64,000 bases of DNA, from positions 248,001-312,000 of the forward strand of contig JAANOX010000269.1 of the NCBI GenBank assembly GCA_020184695.1, read 5' to 3'. Shown one piece after another: positions 46,063 to 57,579 of this stretch. The stretch's first letter is position 1; every line of letters starts with the position of its first letter. The translations under genes and the position numbers were made by a program. The notes under the pieces were generated by a model, which saw only the letters and a list, made by a program, of their open reading frames with translations, ran no database searches and was not told the origin of the DNA. This stretch comes from Histomonas meleagridis 2922-C6/04-290x. Taxonomy: Eukaryota; Protista; Parabasalia.

Positions 46063-49000
46063 ATGTTGGTATATTTTTTGACGATTCTCAACATTTTTAA
46101 TTATATTCCAGATGAATATAAAAGCCTTTCACAAAAAGCAAGAGAACAAGTCCGTCTCCGTGTTGTCAAGAGTGATCGTGAGCCAATATATAAGAAAGGA
46201 TATTATTCTCAAAAAGGAATTGACTTTTATCTGACCACAAACTTAATGAGTTCAACATCCAAAGGAATCAAAGGTTATGCTTTTGATAATGAAACCAAAT
46301 CCATAGCAATCATACCTAATCGAAAGAAAGTTCTTTCTGATGATGCTGACATAAAGACAGGTTCATTTGTTGAACCAATAACAAAAGATATATATAAACT
46401 TTATAAAGTTGCTGATGATGGTGAAGTTCAAATATTTAAAACCAAAAAATTAGATAAATTACATGTTTTTAGGAATCTTCATTTATATACATCTCAACCA
46501 AATAATAATAAAGATACAACGAATGAAGAGGAAGAAGAAGAATCAAATGAAAATATAGGATGGACAATTGGATATACTCCAGAGGACAAAACTACAGGAT
46601 TATCAACAGCTTATTTAGGATATCGTTACTATTGGAATAAACCAGAGGTAGGAGAAGATGCATTTGAATTAGGTCCAATTGAACAAAACTTTATAGTTTT
46701 TTCGGTAAGTGCAGGTGCTTATGCTCAAATCTTTACATCATTCGATTTTCAAATGGAAGATGCAAGTTTTAACATTGAAGCAGATATTGATTTAAGTGCA
46801 ATGGCTGGATTAGGATTTACATTACTTCCAGACAATAATCCTGATGATTTAACATTTGGGAAAGATGTTCCAATTTATGCTATTCCTTCTCTATCAATGT
46901 ATGGCATTAAATTTAAACTTGGAATTTATGGATTTGTAGAAATAGGTTTCGCAAATATTGAATATAAACTAATACAATTACTAAAATATGATTATAGAAT
47001 TAAGTTAAGCCAAAAATATCATATTAAATATTCATCAAAAGATGATCATTTTGAAATTACACCAACAAATCCTACATTTGAAACAGTCAAAAACCAACAA
47101 AAACAAGAAGAAATCACAAAAGAAGATATTAATGGTATGTATCTAAAAATTACACCACGTATCGATGTTGGTATTAAAGCTACTATTAATATAGGTTCGG
47201 AAATGATTTCATCTGAAGGAGAATTAACAGCAAGTATGTTTATTCGTTATGAAGTTCCATTTGATTTTGGTTTTGATTCATCTAAATGCACATTTCCTTA
47301 TCTTTATGGACAATACAAACATAGTCTTTCATTTAATTTTAGAATCTTTGGGAAGTTAAATTTATTAGGTTTTATTGATTGGGAAAAAGAATTTTTGATA
47401 CCAATAAATATATTTACATCAAAACCTTCAGGACAATTTTGTATTTTTGATTCACAAAATTCTATCGATAAGAAATTTTTGAACTATTATGGTGATTCTG
47501 TATATGTTATACAACCAACTTCAATTCGACTTTGTGATGATTGTCAACAATCATCATCATCTGAAGCAGAATCTTTTTTCATATATTTAAATTTCTTACA
47601 ATATGGATCAACTATAACAAAAACATTTTCATTACCACGTGTTGAATTATTAAATAGTCAAACAAAAACATTAAATCGTTTATTTGTAATATCAAATGGA
47701 AATTCATATAGCAAATTAAATTATGAAGGTTATGAAGAAGATTTATTTTTAGATGATAATCTTGCAACTTTTACAAGTTTTCCTTTACAAACAGGAATTA
47801 ATGAATATTGTGGTGATGATGATTCATTTTATTTAAAGACTGGCGTTTGCATTAAAACTCAAATTTCGGAAGCTACAAAAGTTGATTTATCAGAAGAATT
47901 TGAAAAGCCAATAAATTCGAATTATATTGCATATCAAGGGGATGTTTCTGATAGTGATTATATTGGAATTATTACACATTCTGAAGGAACTCCATATTCA
48001 TCAGGATTAAAAGGATTTCAAATATTTGATGATGCTGTTTCAACAATAGAAGAAACTCAAGAAGGAGAATATTCTGGCAAAAATCCATATAAAGTATTAA
48101 TTAAGAATTTTAATGTTGGTGGTTATACAATGGATAGTGTAAATTTAGGAATAAAACTTTGTAAAGATATTGATTCGAATTGTATTACATTACAAAATAA
48201 ATCATATACGGATTTTCCAGCTGGAAATAATTTTGATAAATATGAACCTGTTTTATATTTAGGAAAAGAATTTAATACAAAGAATAATTATAATGCTGTT
48301 GTAACAATTGATATAAAATATAAACATAGTATTTTTAATTCATATTCAATTTCATTAAAAAATACAATGTATTTAAGAGCAATAACTCCACTTAAATCAC
48401 ACACTTATAATTTTGAAGGTACAATTGAAGCTAATGGTGATCCTTTTTCATTTGATATTGTATTTGAAAAATATACCCCAACAATTGTTATGAATGTTGC
48501 AAATCTACCTAAAAATACACGCGCTATTGTAACAAGAGTTTTTTCTGCTCCTCGGTATGACCTTGACAATTGGGGAGATGTTTCAATATCATTAACAATG
48601 GCGCCTTCCGAAATATATGGAACAATTCGATTCTTTGGTGAATTTGGAGAGTTATTTTCAACAGTTAAAGATAAAATAAATTTAGCCTGTATAATTAAAA
48701 TGCCAGGATTACAACCATTATGTGAAGGAGTAACCTTAATTAATGAAGATGAATATGTTATAGTTTTAAAGGAAGAAAGTACATTATTTTCAATGGAAGA
48801 TAGTAAAATTTGGTTACAAAAATTACATTCTATTAATATTCCATTTAGAAGATATGATAGTAAAACAACTCAAAGTTATACCGCTACATTGACAGCTATT
48901 TTTTCGATTAGTGATATTAAAAATCCATTTTGTTCAGTAACTACACCTTCTGTTGGTTATACTGGCTTAAATTTACATAGTGGTTGTATTCAACAAATTG

Positions 49001-50316
49001 AAAAACGAACACAATTCGTTATATCTATACAGGCAAATTCATTTGTTTTAAATAAATGGAATTCTGATTATATATATCAAAAAGATTATAAATGGGTTAT
49101 TAGAAGTGGAATTGCTACATCTCAAGATACTTCAAATTCATATAAATACAATTTATATACAAGAGATTTATATACAGGTTTTCAAGAAAATCAAGCATCA
49201 ATAATGTTTCCAGCAAGAAATGTACGTGATATCTTAAAGACTCCAAATCATAAATTATACTTTAAGGATAATCATTCGATTTCTGTTATTGATGGAATTA
49301 ATGTTATTGATCTTTCTAAAGATTCTGATGGTGATTATTTCTATACTTTAAGTGATAACATTATAAAGGATTATACTTTTGTAAGAAAATGTATAACTAA
49401 AGAAGAAGCAAATTGTATGACAAATATAAAATTAGGAAATAATATCCAATTAATAACTTATGACGACACTGGTAAAATTAATGATTTCGATTTGGATGAA
49501 AGCTCAAATATAAATTCCATAAAATTAAATAGTAATTTTAAATCACAAATTGTTTCTGGTAGAGATTTTGTTCAATTTTCTAAATCATGGAAAGGTTCTG
49601 TTTCCACAAAAATAATTGAAGGCGCTTCTAAATTAACTGTTAAAGCAATTGAATTAACAAATCAAATTAAATTATTTGCTTCTATTACGATAAATGATGT
49701 TGATGAAGAAATCCCATTTAGTGCAAACAAATGGTATACAAGCATTGAAGATTTTCTGCGTGCATTAAAAGTTAAAGAATCAAATGATGGATATACATTA
49801 GAGAACATAAAGATGGAATTGGATGGAACAATTTTAATTCCAAAATATCTTTATCAATATGGAGAAGTAGTTGATTATGAAAAAGTGGTGGATTATCCTC
49901 TGGGAAATATCCAATGTGTGACTGATTATCCAAGATTTGATATTTCTGAAACTTCATCAATTATATCATCATCAGTAGAAACATCTTCAATAATATCTTC
50001 ATCAGTAGAAACTTCATCAATTATATCATCATCAGTAGAAACATCTTCAATAATATCATCATCAGTAGAAACATCTTCAATAATATCTTCATCAGTAGAA
50101 ACATATGCAACAACAATTAATGAAGAAGATAAAACAAATGAAGAGAATCAGGATATTGAAAGCGGAGGACTTGATGGTGGAGCAATTGCAGGAATAGTTA
50201 TTGCCGTTATTGTTGTTGTTGTTGCTTGTGCTGCAGGAGTCATTTTTTACATTCATAAGAAAAAGATGCAGAAGCATACTTCAACAAGTTCTGATCAAAA
50301 TAAACAAATAATTTGA
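46063..50316 (+). CDS. Large type I surface/membrane protein of unknown function
   Basis: 1417 codons; hydrophobic N-terminus, Ser/Thr repeat stalk, GGLDGGAIAGIVIAVIVVVVACAAGVIFYI TM, short basic tail. Confidence 0.85.
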   Translation: MLVYFLTILNIFNYIPDEYKSLSQKAREQVRLRVVKSDREPIYKKGYYSQKGIDFYLTTNLMSSTSKGIKGYAFDNETKSIAIIPNRKKVLSDDADIKTGSFVEPITKDIYKLYKVADDGEVQIFKTKKLDKLHVFRNLHLYTSQPNNNKDTTNEEEEEESNENIGWTIGYTPEDKTTGLSTAYLGYRYYWNKPEVGEDAFELGPIEQNFIVFSVSAGAYAQIFTSFDFQMEDASFNIEADIDLSAMAGLGFTLLPDNNPDDLTFGKDVPIYAIPSLSMYGIKFKLGIYGFVEIGFANIEYKLIQLLKYDYRIKLSQKYHIKYSSKDDHFEITPTNPTFETVKNQQKQEEITKEDINGMYLKITPRIDVGIKATINIGSEMISSEGELTASMFIRYEVPFDFGFDSSKCTFPYLYGQYKHSLSFNFRIFGKLNLLGFIDWEKEFLIPINIFTSKPSGQFCIFDSQNSIDKKFLNYYGDSVYVIQPTSIRLCDDCQQSSSSEAESFFIYLNFLQYGSTITKTFSLPRVELLNSQTKTLNRLFVISNGNSYSKLNYEGYEEDLFLDDNLATFTSFPLQTGINEYCGDDDSFYLKTGVCIKTQISEATKVDLSEEFEKPINSNYIAYQGDVSDSDYIGIITHSEGTPYSSGLKGFQIFDDAVSTIEETQEGEYSGKNPYKVLIKNFNVGGYTMDSVNLGIKLCKDIDSNCITLQNKSYTDFPAGNNFDKYEPVLYLGKEFNTKNNYNAVVTIDIKYKHSIFNSYSISLKNTMYLRAITPLKSHTYNFEGTIEANGDPFSFDIVFEKYTPTIVMNVANLPKNTRAIVTRVFSAPRYDLDNWGDVSISLTMAPSEIYGTIRFFGEFGELFSTVKDKINLACIIKMPGLQPLCEGVTLINEDEYVIVLKEESTLFSMEDSKIWLQKLHSINIPFRRYDSKTTQSYTATLTAIFSISDIKNPFCSVTTPSVGYTGLNLHSGCIQQIEKRTQFVISIQANSFVLNKWNSDYIYQKDYKWVIRSGIATSQDTSNSYKYNLYTRDLYTGFQENQASIMFPARNVRDILKTPNHKLYFKDNHSISVIDGINVIDLSKDSDGDYFYTLSDNIIKDYTFVRKCITKEEANCMTNIKLGNNIQLITYDDTGKINDFDLDESSNINSIKLNSNFKSQIVSGRDFVQFSKSWKGSVSTKIIEGASKLTVKAIELTNQIKLFASITINDVDEEIPFSANKWYTSIEDFLRALKVKESNDGYTLENIKMELDGTILIPKYLYQYGEVVDYEKVVDYPLGNIQCVTDYPRFDISETSSIISSSVETSSIISSSVETSSIISSSVETSSIISSSVETSSIISSSVETYATTINEEDKTNEENQDIESGGLDGGAIAGIVIAVIVVVVACAAGVIFYIHKKKMQKHTSTSSDQNKQII
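49948..50097 (+). repeat. Coding 30-bp tandem repeat x5 (ETSSIISSSV)
   Basis: GAAAC(T/A)TC(A/T)TCAAT(T/A)ATATC(A/T)TCATCAGTA repeated five times. Confidence 0.95.
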
Positions 50317-50536
50317 TCTTTTTTCTTCCATATATTATTTTAATTTAGAAATGTTTAATCGATTTTAAATATAATGACAATTTAAAATAACATCAAATTT
50401 GATGATAACAATTAAAAAATGGCATATCAGATCATTGTTTCAATATATTTATTTATATTTATCGAATAAACATTTATCTGAATACGAATGTATAAAACAA
50501 AACAAAAATCAAATGAGTGTGTTCTCGAAAAATTAC

Positions 50537-50749
50537 TTAAACTCGTGGTATATGGCAGTAAACTCCAGTATCACCGTTGAACAAGCAAGATCCACAGGTG
50601 ATGCACTCGGATCCTATATCACAATTAGGTATAAAGCCATTAACATTAAGTTTGTCTGAGACAGAAAATGATTCCGTGTAATTGCAGTAACAATTTCATC
50701 AATAATACGTGCGCAATTTTGGCCAAAATAAAATAATTAAGTTTACCAT
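50537..50749 (-). other. Cys-rich 70-codon mini-ORF interrupted by TGA-TGA
   Basis: MVNLIILFWPKLRTYY**NCYCNYTESFSVSDKLNVNGFIPNCDIGSECITCGSCLFNGDTGVYCHIPRV*; head-to-head with the UBR gene. Confidence 0.35.
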
Positions 50750-50870
50750 TTCGTTCGTTGCCAATTTTTTTGAATTTTTTCACCGATAGAGATTTTTGAA
50801 TTTTTTTTAATCGGAAACAAAAAAATGCTTGTGTAAGAAATGTGATGTGACAAAATATAATACTTAGCAA

Positions 50871-53800
50871 ATGGGGGGATCCGCATCAAATACAAAACTA
50901 CCAGATTTTAAAGGAAACATAAGTTTAGCCATTAAAGACAGCAAAAAAATTTTATGTAAGCAATCTAATTTTACTACTTTTGATGAACTCCTCCAATATC
51001 TGAGAAAAAATTCACATGTTTCCAAATGCCAAGCTTCTTGGTTGCGTCCAAAAATTTCTGTTCATTGTCTACAATGTCAAATACATACGAATAGTTGTAT
51101 ATGTCTTCAATGTTATTTAAATGGTGACCATGAGGGGCATTCTATCTATGTTAATACTACATCCACAGGAAATTGTGATTGTGGTGACCCAGATTTATGG
51201 AAGCCATCTGGGTATTGTGCCAATCATCGAAGTCAATCCCAACCTTCAACAATAGAAATACCAAAACCTATATTAGACCTTCTTCACATCATTTTTAAGT
51301 CTGCTGTTTCTCGACTTCCTTATCTTGCCAAAACACAACCGAATGATTTAATCGAATTAATTGATTGGCTTATTCAATTTTGCGAAATTGGAGATTCTTA
51401 TCGACGGTACATAGTCACCTTTCTTACACAAGGCACCATTATTCATGATCTCATTGAATCAGGAGTAAGTTCCACCCCAGATGGAGTTCGATCAATACTT
51501 CACTTGTTTGGTAGCTGTATAAATGACTCAATTTTCAAGTTAAAGTATGCTGAAGCATGTTTTGATACATACAACAACATTGTTAAGACAATCTTTCGTT
51601 TAATGAAAGCGAAAAAAGATTCATATAAGAACTTAAATTCATTCATGGAATTTACATTTCATTCATTTACAGGTGACGAAATATTCGCATGCATTGATTT
51701 AGATCAATTTGATTGGTGTTCGTTTTATCTCGATCTTATTTCTACAATTCAAAATGAACAATTATCTTTTGTTAAACGAAATGATCTTCTAAAATGTGAA
51801 ATATCTTCAACAGAATCAACTATCACTGGATTAGGTCGAATATTTGAAAAAACTGATCAAAGTTACGATTCAGTTCGCCAAAAATTCATTGAAGGATTTA
51901 CTGGAATATTACTTAATGAAAATTCGGATTTATTTACAAACATACATCAAAAAACAGATGAAAATGATTTCTATCCATATATATCATATAATTTATATAT
52001 GACAACTTTCTTTGATTCACTTGAAAAATGTAAAAATTTAGATATAACAAAAGTATTACTTAGAATAGAAACATATTTAAAGAAAGTATATAGAAATAAA
52101 CCTGCGCAATCACTGTTTAACTTTTGTCAAATTTGAATTTCATTATTTTTCTCTCCTTCGACATTTCTTGGAACTCTTCTTCATCAACAAGGTGATAATG
52201 CATTGACAATATTAAAAAATACAATTAATGATGTTGATAACTTTTTAATTCTTGCTTCATTGAATGTACAACGTCTTCTTTCTTCTCTTTACTTTAATTC
52301 TCATAGATTAATTGTCAATAATTTCGGATTAAAATTTTTCATTGCTTTAATGCGTCTTCTTGGAAATGAATTTTCACAACTTTTCGTTACATTACAAATG
52401 TGTATGGGATATACAACTGATAAAGAATTGTTTTTAAATAATATTGCTCGCACTATTGGAATTTTTGATTTTCCTCCAAAATTTGACTTACTTTTCTTTA
52501 TATTTATACATTTAGTTTCAACATTAATTACTGATAGACTTTATATTAATAATCGCCAACGTGAAATAACACAACAAAAAATAATTTCGAAACTTTTATT
52601 TAAACAAAAACCTTTTCAATCATTAGAAAAAATTATACGTCGTTTAACAATTCAAGAAAATAATGAACTAAAGGAAATGTTATCTGAGATAACAACATCA
52701 TCACCTTCTACAAATGGAATTCTTTTTAAATTAAAGTCACATGAATTATGGAATCCTATTTCTCCACTTGATTTTTCAAATAAAACACTTTCGAAATATA
52801 CTAAATACATTGCAAAGTTTCCAAATAATTTAATGCCATTTAAACCATTTGAAGAAGAACCTTTTGGTTTAGATCTTCATTCATATCTTTTCACACCTAC
52901 GTTACTTGCTATTGAATATTATATATTGATGCAAAATAATTCGCAAGAAACAAATCAACTTGTATTAAATTTATTATTAATAGCATCGAAATTACGTGAT
53001 AAAACTAAGAAAATTGAAATTGATGAAAAACCAATAATCGTAAGTAATTTAGAACAACTTACAGAAGATATGCCAACAGAATTCGAATCTGCAATAAAAC
53101 AAAAATTCATATTCATAAGTAATTCTCCACAATCAATTGTAGATTTGGTTGCTTCATTAGGAAAATTAGGACTTAATGTCCTTAAAGAAATGGATATATC
53201 ATATGTCGATAAAGAAGATAAAACACAAAATGAAACTAAAACAAGAAGTAGTCGAGCATCTGATTTACGTGCATCAATAATGCGAAACTTTAATAACAAA
53301 ATTCAACAATTTGAAAAAGGTAATGTTACAATTAATGAAAGTAACATTAAAGAAAATTCTTGTGAAGTATGTTCAGTATGTAATGTACAAATAGAAGATG
53401 AAATACTTTGTTATCCAATGTTTATATATTTATCTAGTGTCCCAGTTAGATATGATTATACATTTGTAGATAGAGTAATTTGTTTTAATATTTGTAAGCA
53501 TTTATTACATCATACATGCCGTGGTGGTATATGTCCAATTGATCGAATACTTAAAAATTGTTATTTACCAAAACTTGATGATATAAACGATTTGACTCAA
53601 CCAAAAGTATTAAATATTGTTAGTGCATTTGGGAAAACTTTAGCAGCAGATGAAGAAATGGGTCATATAGTATTAGGGTTAAGTAGTTTATTAGTAATAT
53701 ATGAAGTAAGATCACGTGCAAATCCTTCAGCACTTGATCCAGATAAATATTTTCTTCTTGCACGGAACTTATTTCTAAATTTACGCGTTTTATATCAAAT

Positions 53801-54485
53801 GGGTACAAAAATGAGCAGTCAAATATCACAATTCCAATATTTCATATCGGATTTAATAACAAGTAAAGTGCCAGAGAAAGAAATAAAAGAAATAGCACGA
53901 AAATATACGAGAACATTAAAAGGAGAAAAGTTACAACTTTTCTTAAGAAGAGTTCGTATTACGGAATATTTCGTATTAGGAATTGGGCATGCACAATATA
54001 TAGATTGGGATGAACTACTTTCAAATGAACAACTTTGTTTATATTATAATGTTATTTGGGATAAAAATGAATATGATATGATACCATTTACTTTAACAAA
54101 ATTACCGAAAAATTATTTGCGATTCGGCGCTGAACCTTTTAATTTGGATGAACAAATTTCTACGTCTGAAGTAAGATACTTCTTGAGTTTATTGGATGGA
54201 AAAGTTTTGGAAGAAAGAAAAATATTCGAATACATGAATAATTCGAAAGACGATTTCATTCTGTTAATGAACTTAAACTCAAAACATTCCCAAATTAATA
54301 TATTGATGGAGAAATTTTTCCCATCGTTGTTTAAGGTGCCTTCGGTGTATTTGGATTTCTTGGGTAACGAAGGGATAGGATTCGTAAATGGTTTCGAACT
54401 GTTCTTGTCTGAGGAAAAGTATGAAAAACTCGCTGACGATTTCTTGTCAGGTGAAATAATCAAATACGTGGAATTAGTCGATTAA
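50871..54485 (+). CDS. UBR-box (N-recognin) E3 ubiquitin ligase, UBR1/3-like, with one in-frame TGA at 52134-52136
   Basis: UBR box (HCLQC...CICLQCY...HEGH...GNCDCGD...C..H) and RING-like CSVC...CKHLLHHTC..CPID. Track ORFs 50871-52136 and 52203-54485 share a frame, and only the TGA separates them. Confidence 0.85.
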
Positions 54486-54920
54486 TATGTAAATAATATT
54501 AAGTTTTCGGTTAGTCACTCGATTGTGAGCTTTACTCATACGATATCCTTTAATGTAATTTGATCGGCATGTGAATTGAGTATGTTTGGGAAATCAGTGG
54601 TTTGATCATTTTAGATACGAACTGTATAAATATGTAATTAATAATATTTTATATTTTAAAAAATTATTGAATACAACAACTTATATGAAAATATTATAAT
54701 TATAGAATTATACAAATTTATTAAAAAAAATATCTTTCATATAAAGTTTCATGAAATAATTATCATTGTCATCGTTTTGCTTCATCTTTAAATTCTTAAG
54801 AACAACTTTAAGTACTGTTGTACTTCGGGGATACTTGTTTTATATACAAATATTTCTTAATTTTGTCATTTGGGTATCAAAAGATTTAAAAATTTCTTTA
54901 AATACATTTTATTTATTAAG

Positions 54921-55025
54921 TAAAGTGGTTGCAGAAAGGTTTCCCAAACACCTCAGTTTTTGAATATAAATCCGATGATTTTTCATTCGATTCTATCGTT
55001 GAGAAACCTTTCTGCAACCACTTTA
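54921..55025. repeat. Perfect 23-bp inverted repeat with 59-nt spacer (MITE-like or hairpin)
   Basis: TAAAGTGGTTGCAGAAAGGTTTC (54921-54943) is the reverse complement of GAAACCTTTCTGCAACCACTTTA (55003-55025). Confidence 0.95.
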
Positions 55026-55184
55026 TATAATATATTTATTTGACTTATAATTGAATGCAAATGTTTAAAATTCATAAAGAAATAATCATCGATTTATGGT
55101 TCTTTAAAATTGATATTTTTGCCCATTATAAAAACAATTTATTAAATCTAAACATATGTGAAAAAAACATCACAGGTATAGTTC

Positions 55185-55718
55185 TTAGAATGTTTGGTGG
55201 ACATATTTAGGATCGTATGAGCTGGAGTGAATGATGTTGCTTTTCATTTCAAAATGTGAATCAGTTTCGTTTTTTTTGTATGGCGTAATTTTGTGCCTTC
55301 GATAAGTTTTTGTTGAAGGGTTCAAGGAATTTCGGATTTTTCCTCTTGAACGTAACTCTCTTGATTTAACCCAAAAATTTCTTCTTGAGATATTTTGTCT
55401 ATCTTTGATTCCTTTGCGAACCAATAAAATGTTTGATCCTGGTGTTAGGTAGTAGGTGTCCAAAGTAGAATTACCATCAATGGAACCATTTTTCGAAATC
55501 AAATAAAATTCATTTACTTTAAGTGGATGTATCTTTTCTTGAATTTTGTCGCGAAGATCATTTACTGTTTCAAGGTGATTATATTCAACTTCAAATTTAG
55601 TAATATCAGGAAGATGAATAATTAATGAACCTTCTGGTTCCAAAGCTAGTGGAACCACATTAACATTTTGTAGGTGGTAATCAAATTGTTGCTCAAAAGG
55701 TTTTTCTGAAGATTCCAT
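55185..55718 (-). CDS. Small protein with ubiquitin-like domain and basic tail
   Basis: FEVEYNHLETVNDLRDKIQEKI...LISKNGSIDGNSTLDTYYLTPGSNILLV. Confidence 0.7.
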   Translation of the reverse strand: MESSEKPFEQQFDYHLQNVNVVPLALEPEGSLIIHLPDITKFEVEYNHLETVNDLRDKIQEKIHPLKVNEFYLISKNGSIDGNSTLDTYYLTPGSNILLVRKGIKDRQNISRRNFWVKSRELRSRGKIRNSLNPSTKTYRRHKITPYKKNETDSHFEMKSNIIHSSSYDPKYVHQTF

Positions 55719-55802
55719 AGTTTGCTTTGGTTGAGAAATTTTTAAATTCTCACTATGGTGAAGGGCACCCCAAAACGTTAAAAATTTCCATTAGATAAAT
55801 TA

Positions 55803-56522
55803 TCAAACATCCTTTCTTGGAATCACAGGAAAGTTTAGAAGCGTTTGTACTTTTTTCTTTTTTTGATTGTTACTCTTAGAAATTTCTTCAATTTCCTGTT
55901 TTGCAAGAGTTTTTACATCTTCACTACATTCTCTTTTCTTTTTCTTTTTTCTTTTTTTTAAACTTCCGTTTTTTTCTCTAAGCAAAGTTCGAACCAAAAT
56001 TTCAGATGAAAGTATTTCTGTTATTTCAGTGGATGTTATCCGAGACAAAATATTAAGGATTGGTTGCCGTTCAATTCCTTCAACATCAGCAATGATTACA
56101 ATTATTGAGGCATAAGTAGCTGGATGATCAAGCTTACTATTTGGAAACATATCTTTAATTTCTTCATAAATTTGCTGTGAATCATTTACAAAATGTAATG
56201 GAAGATTACATTCTGTGACTAATTGTTGAAAAGATGGAGAATCTTGAAATGTTAATGATTTTCTTATCTGTGAAACTTTTGAAATTAACCCATTATACGT
56301 GAGACCAGACATCTCCGAGATTTTTAAAAGACGTTGTTTTGTTTCAAGATTATATCTATAAAGTGAAAGAGCAACACAAGCTCCAACATGATTTGAAATA
56401 TTTAGATGTTCAATGTTTTTACAATAATCATGTGCAGTGTTTGATACCTTTATCCGGTCTTCAAGGTTATCTAACAAACACTCTCTAACATAAGGTGCAA
56501 TGATCATTTTCTTGGAAGTCAT
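55803..56522 (-). CDS. ORC6-like (TFIIB/cyclin-fold) protein candidate
   Basis: ATG 56522; SEMSGLTYNG...SFQQLVTEC...SQQIYEEIK...LDHPATYASII pattern resembles the ORC6 middle domain; KKRKKKKK NLS. Confidence 0.55.
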   Translation of the reverse strand: MTSKKMIIAPYVRECLLDNLEDRIKVSNTAHDYCKNIEHLNISNHVGACVALSLYRYNLETKQRLLKISEMSGLTYNGLISKVSQIRKSLTFQDSPSFQQLVTECNLPLHFVNDSQQIYEEIKDMFPNSKLDHPATYASIIVIIADVEGIERQPILNILSRITSTEITEILSSEILVRTLLREKNGSLKKRKKKKKRECSEDVKTLAKQEIEEISKSNNQKKKKVQTLLNFPVIPRKDV

Positions 56523-56910
56523 TTTAAAAAGTGTTTCCAAAAAAACAAATAAATTGAAACAACAATCTTTGGTCTTATGAAAAAATAGTGCAATCGTATG
56601 TTTTTATATTAAAAAAGTAATGAGCTTTCACCCACAAATATTTCGACCGATTAAAACAAACAGAAAGATCAATTTCTAAACGTTCATTTCTCATGTTTGC
56701 GGTTTTGATATAAATTATTGAAATATTTGAACCATTTGGTCGTTCCTCTGGGGCGTTTGAGTGTTTTATTTTGGGATTGGGAAGAAGTGCGATCAAATAC
56801 TTTTGTGAAGAAAGTGATAAAATTGACAACTATCGCCAAAAAATAATTCAAAAATTCCGAAGTCGATTGAAAAAACGGATGTAAGGTTGTCAATCTAGAA
56901 AAATCAAGAA

Positions 56911-57525
56911 ATGGGGAACTCAGAATCTAATTCTAACTCAGAATCTGTTCTTGATGGAAATATCAATCCAGAATACCTAAAAAAATTACACGAACAAGGG
57001 ATTAAATTTACTTCTCAAGAAATCATTCATTTAGTCAATAAATACCGTGAATTAGCAGGTACAGAAGACCTTGGTGGAGATGGAAGAATTGATGAGGAAG
57101 AGTTTATAACTAAGATGAAAATACCTAACGAAAAAATTGGGAAAATTATGTATAAAATGCTTGATTCTGATGGAAATGGAACATTAGATTTCAATGAATT
57201 TATCACAGGTCTTAATAACTTCTTGCCAGAGGCTCCTATAGAAGAAAAAGCCCATCTTTGCTTCAGAGCTTATGATAGTGATGGAAGTGGTACAATTTCT
57301 AAAGAAGAAATTCGTTCTATGGTCGAAATATCTTTAGAAAATAATCAACTAATGAGTATGGATGATGAACATTTGGACAAATTAATAGCAGATGTTTTTG
57401 AAGAATATGATAAAGATGGAACAGGAGAACTAACCGAAGACGAATTTTTAGAATTAATGAAGAAAGCGCCAAATGTTCTAGATATCTTTGAAATTGATGT
57501 TGCAGCACTAATTTCTGAATCCTAA
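56911..57525 (+). CDS. N-myristoylated EF-hand protein, calcineurin B/NCS-like
   Basis: MGNSES start; EF loops DSDGNGTLDFNE, DSDGSGTISKEE, DKDGTGELTEDE. Confidence 0.9.
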   Translation: MGNSESNSNSESVLDGNINPEYLKKLHEQGIKFTSQEIIHLVNKYRELAGTEDLGGDGRIDEEEFITKMKIPNEKIGKIMYKMLDSDGNGTLDFNEFITGLNNFLPEAPIEEKAHLCFRAYDSDGSGTISKEEIRSMVEISLENNQLMSMDDEHLDKLIADVFEEYDKDGTGELTEDEFLELMKKAPNVLDIFEIDVAALISES

Positions 57526-57579
57526 ACAATATAAAGAAAATATCTTACAAATTATTTATTACATGGAAAAGAATAACAA

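Noticed and set aside
56575-56893. Two overlapping minus-strand ORFs between the ORC6-like and EF-hand genes
   Set aside because: Non-ATG starts, no motifs, and they disagree in frame.
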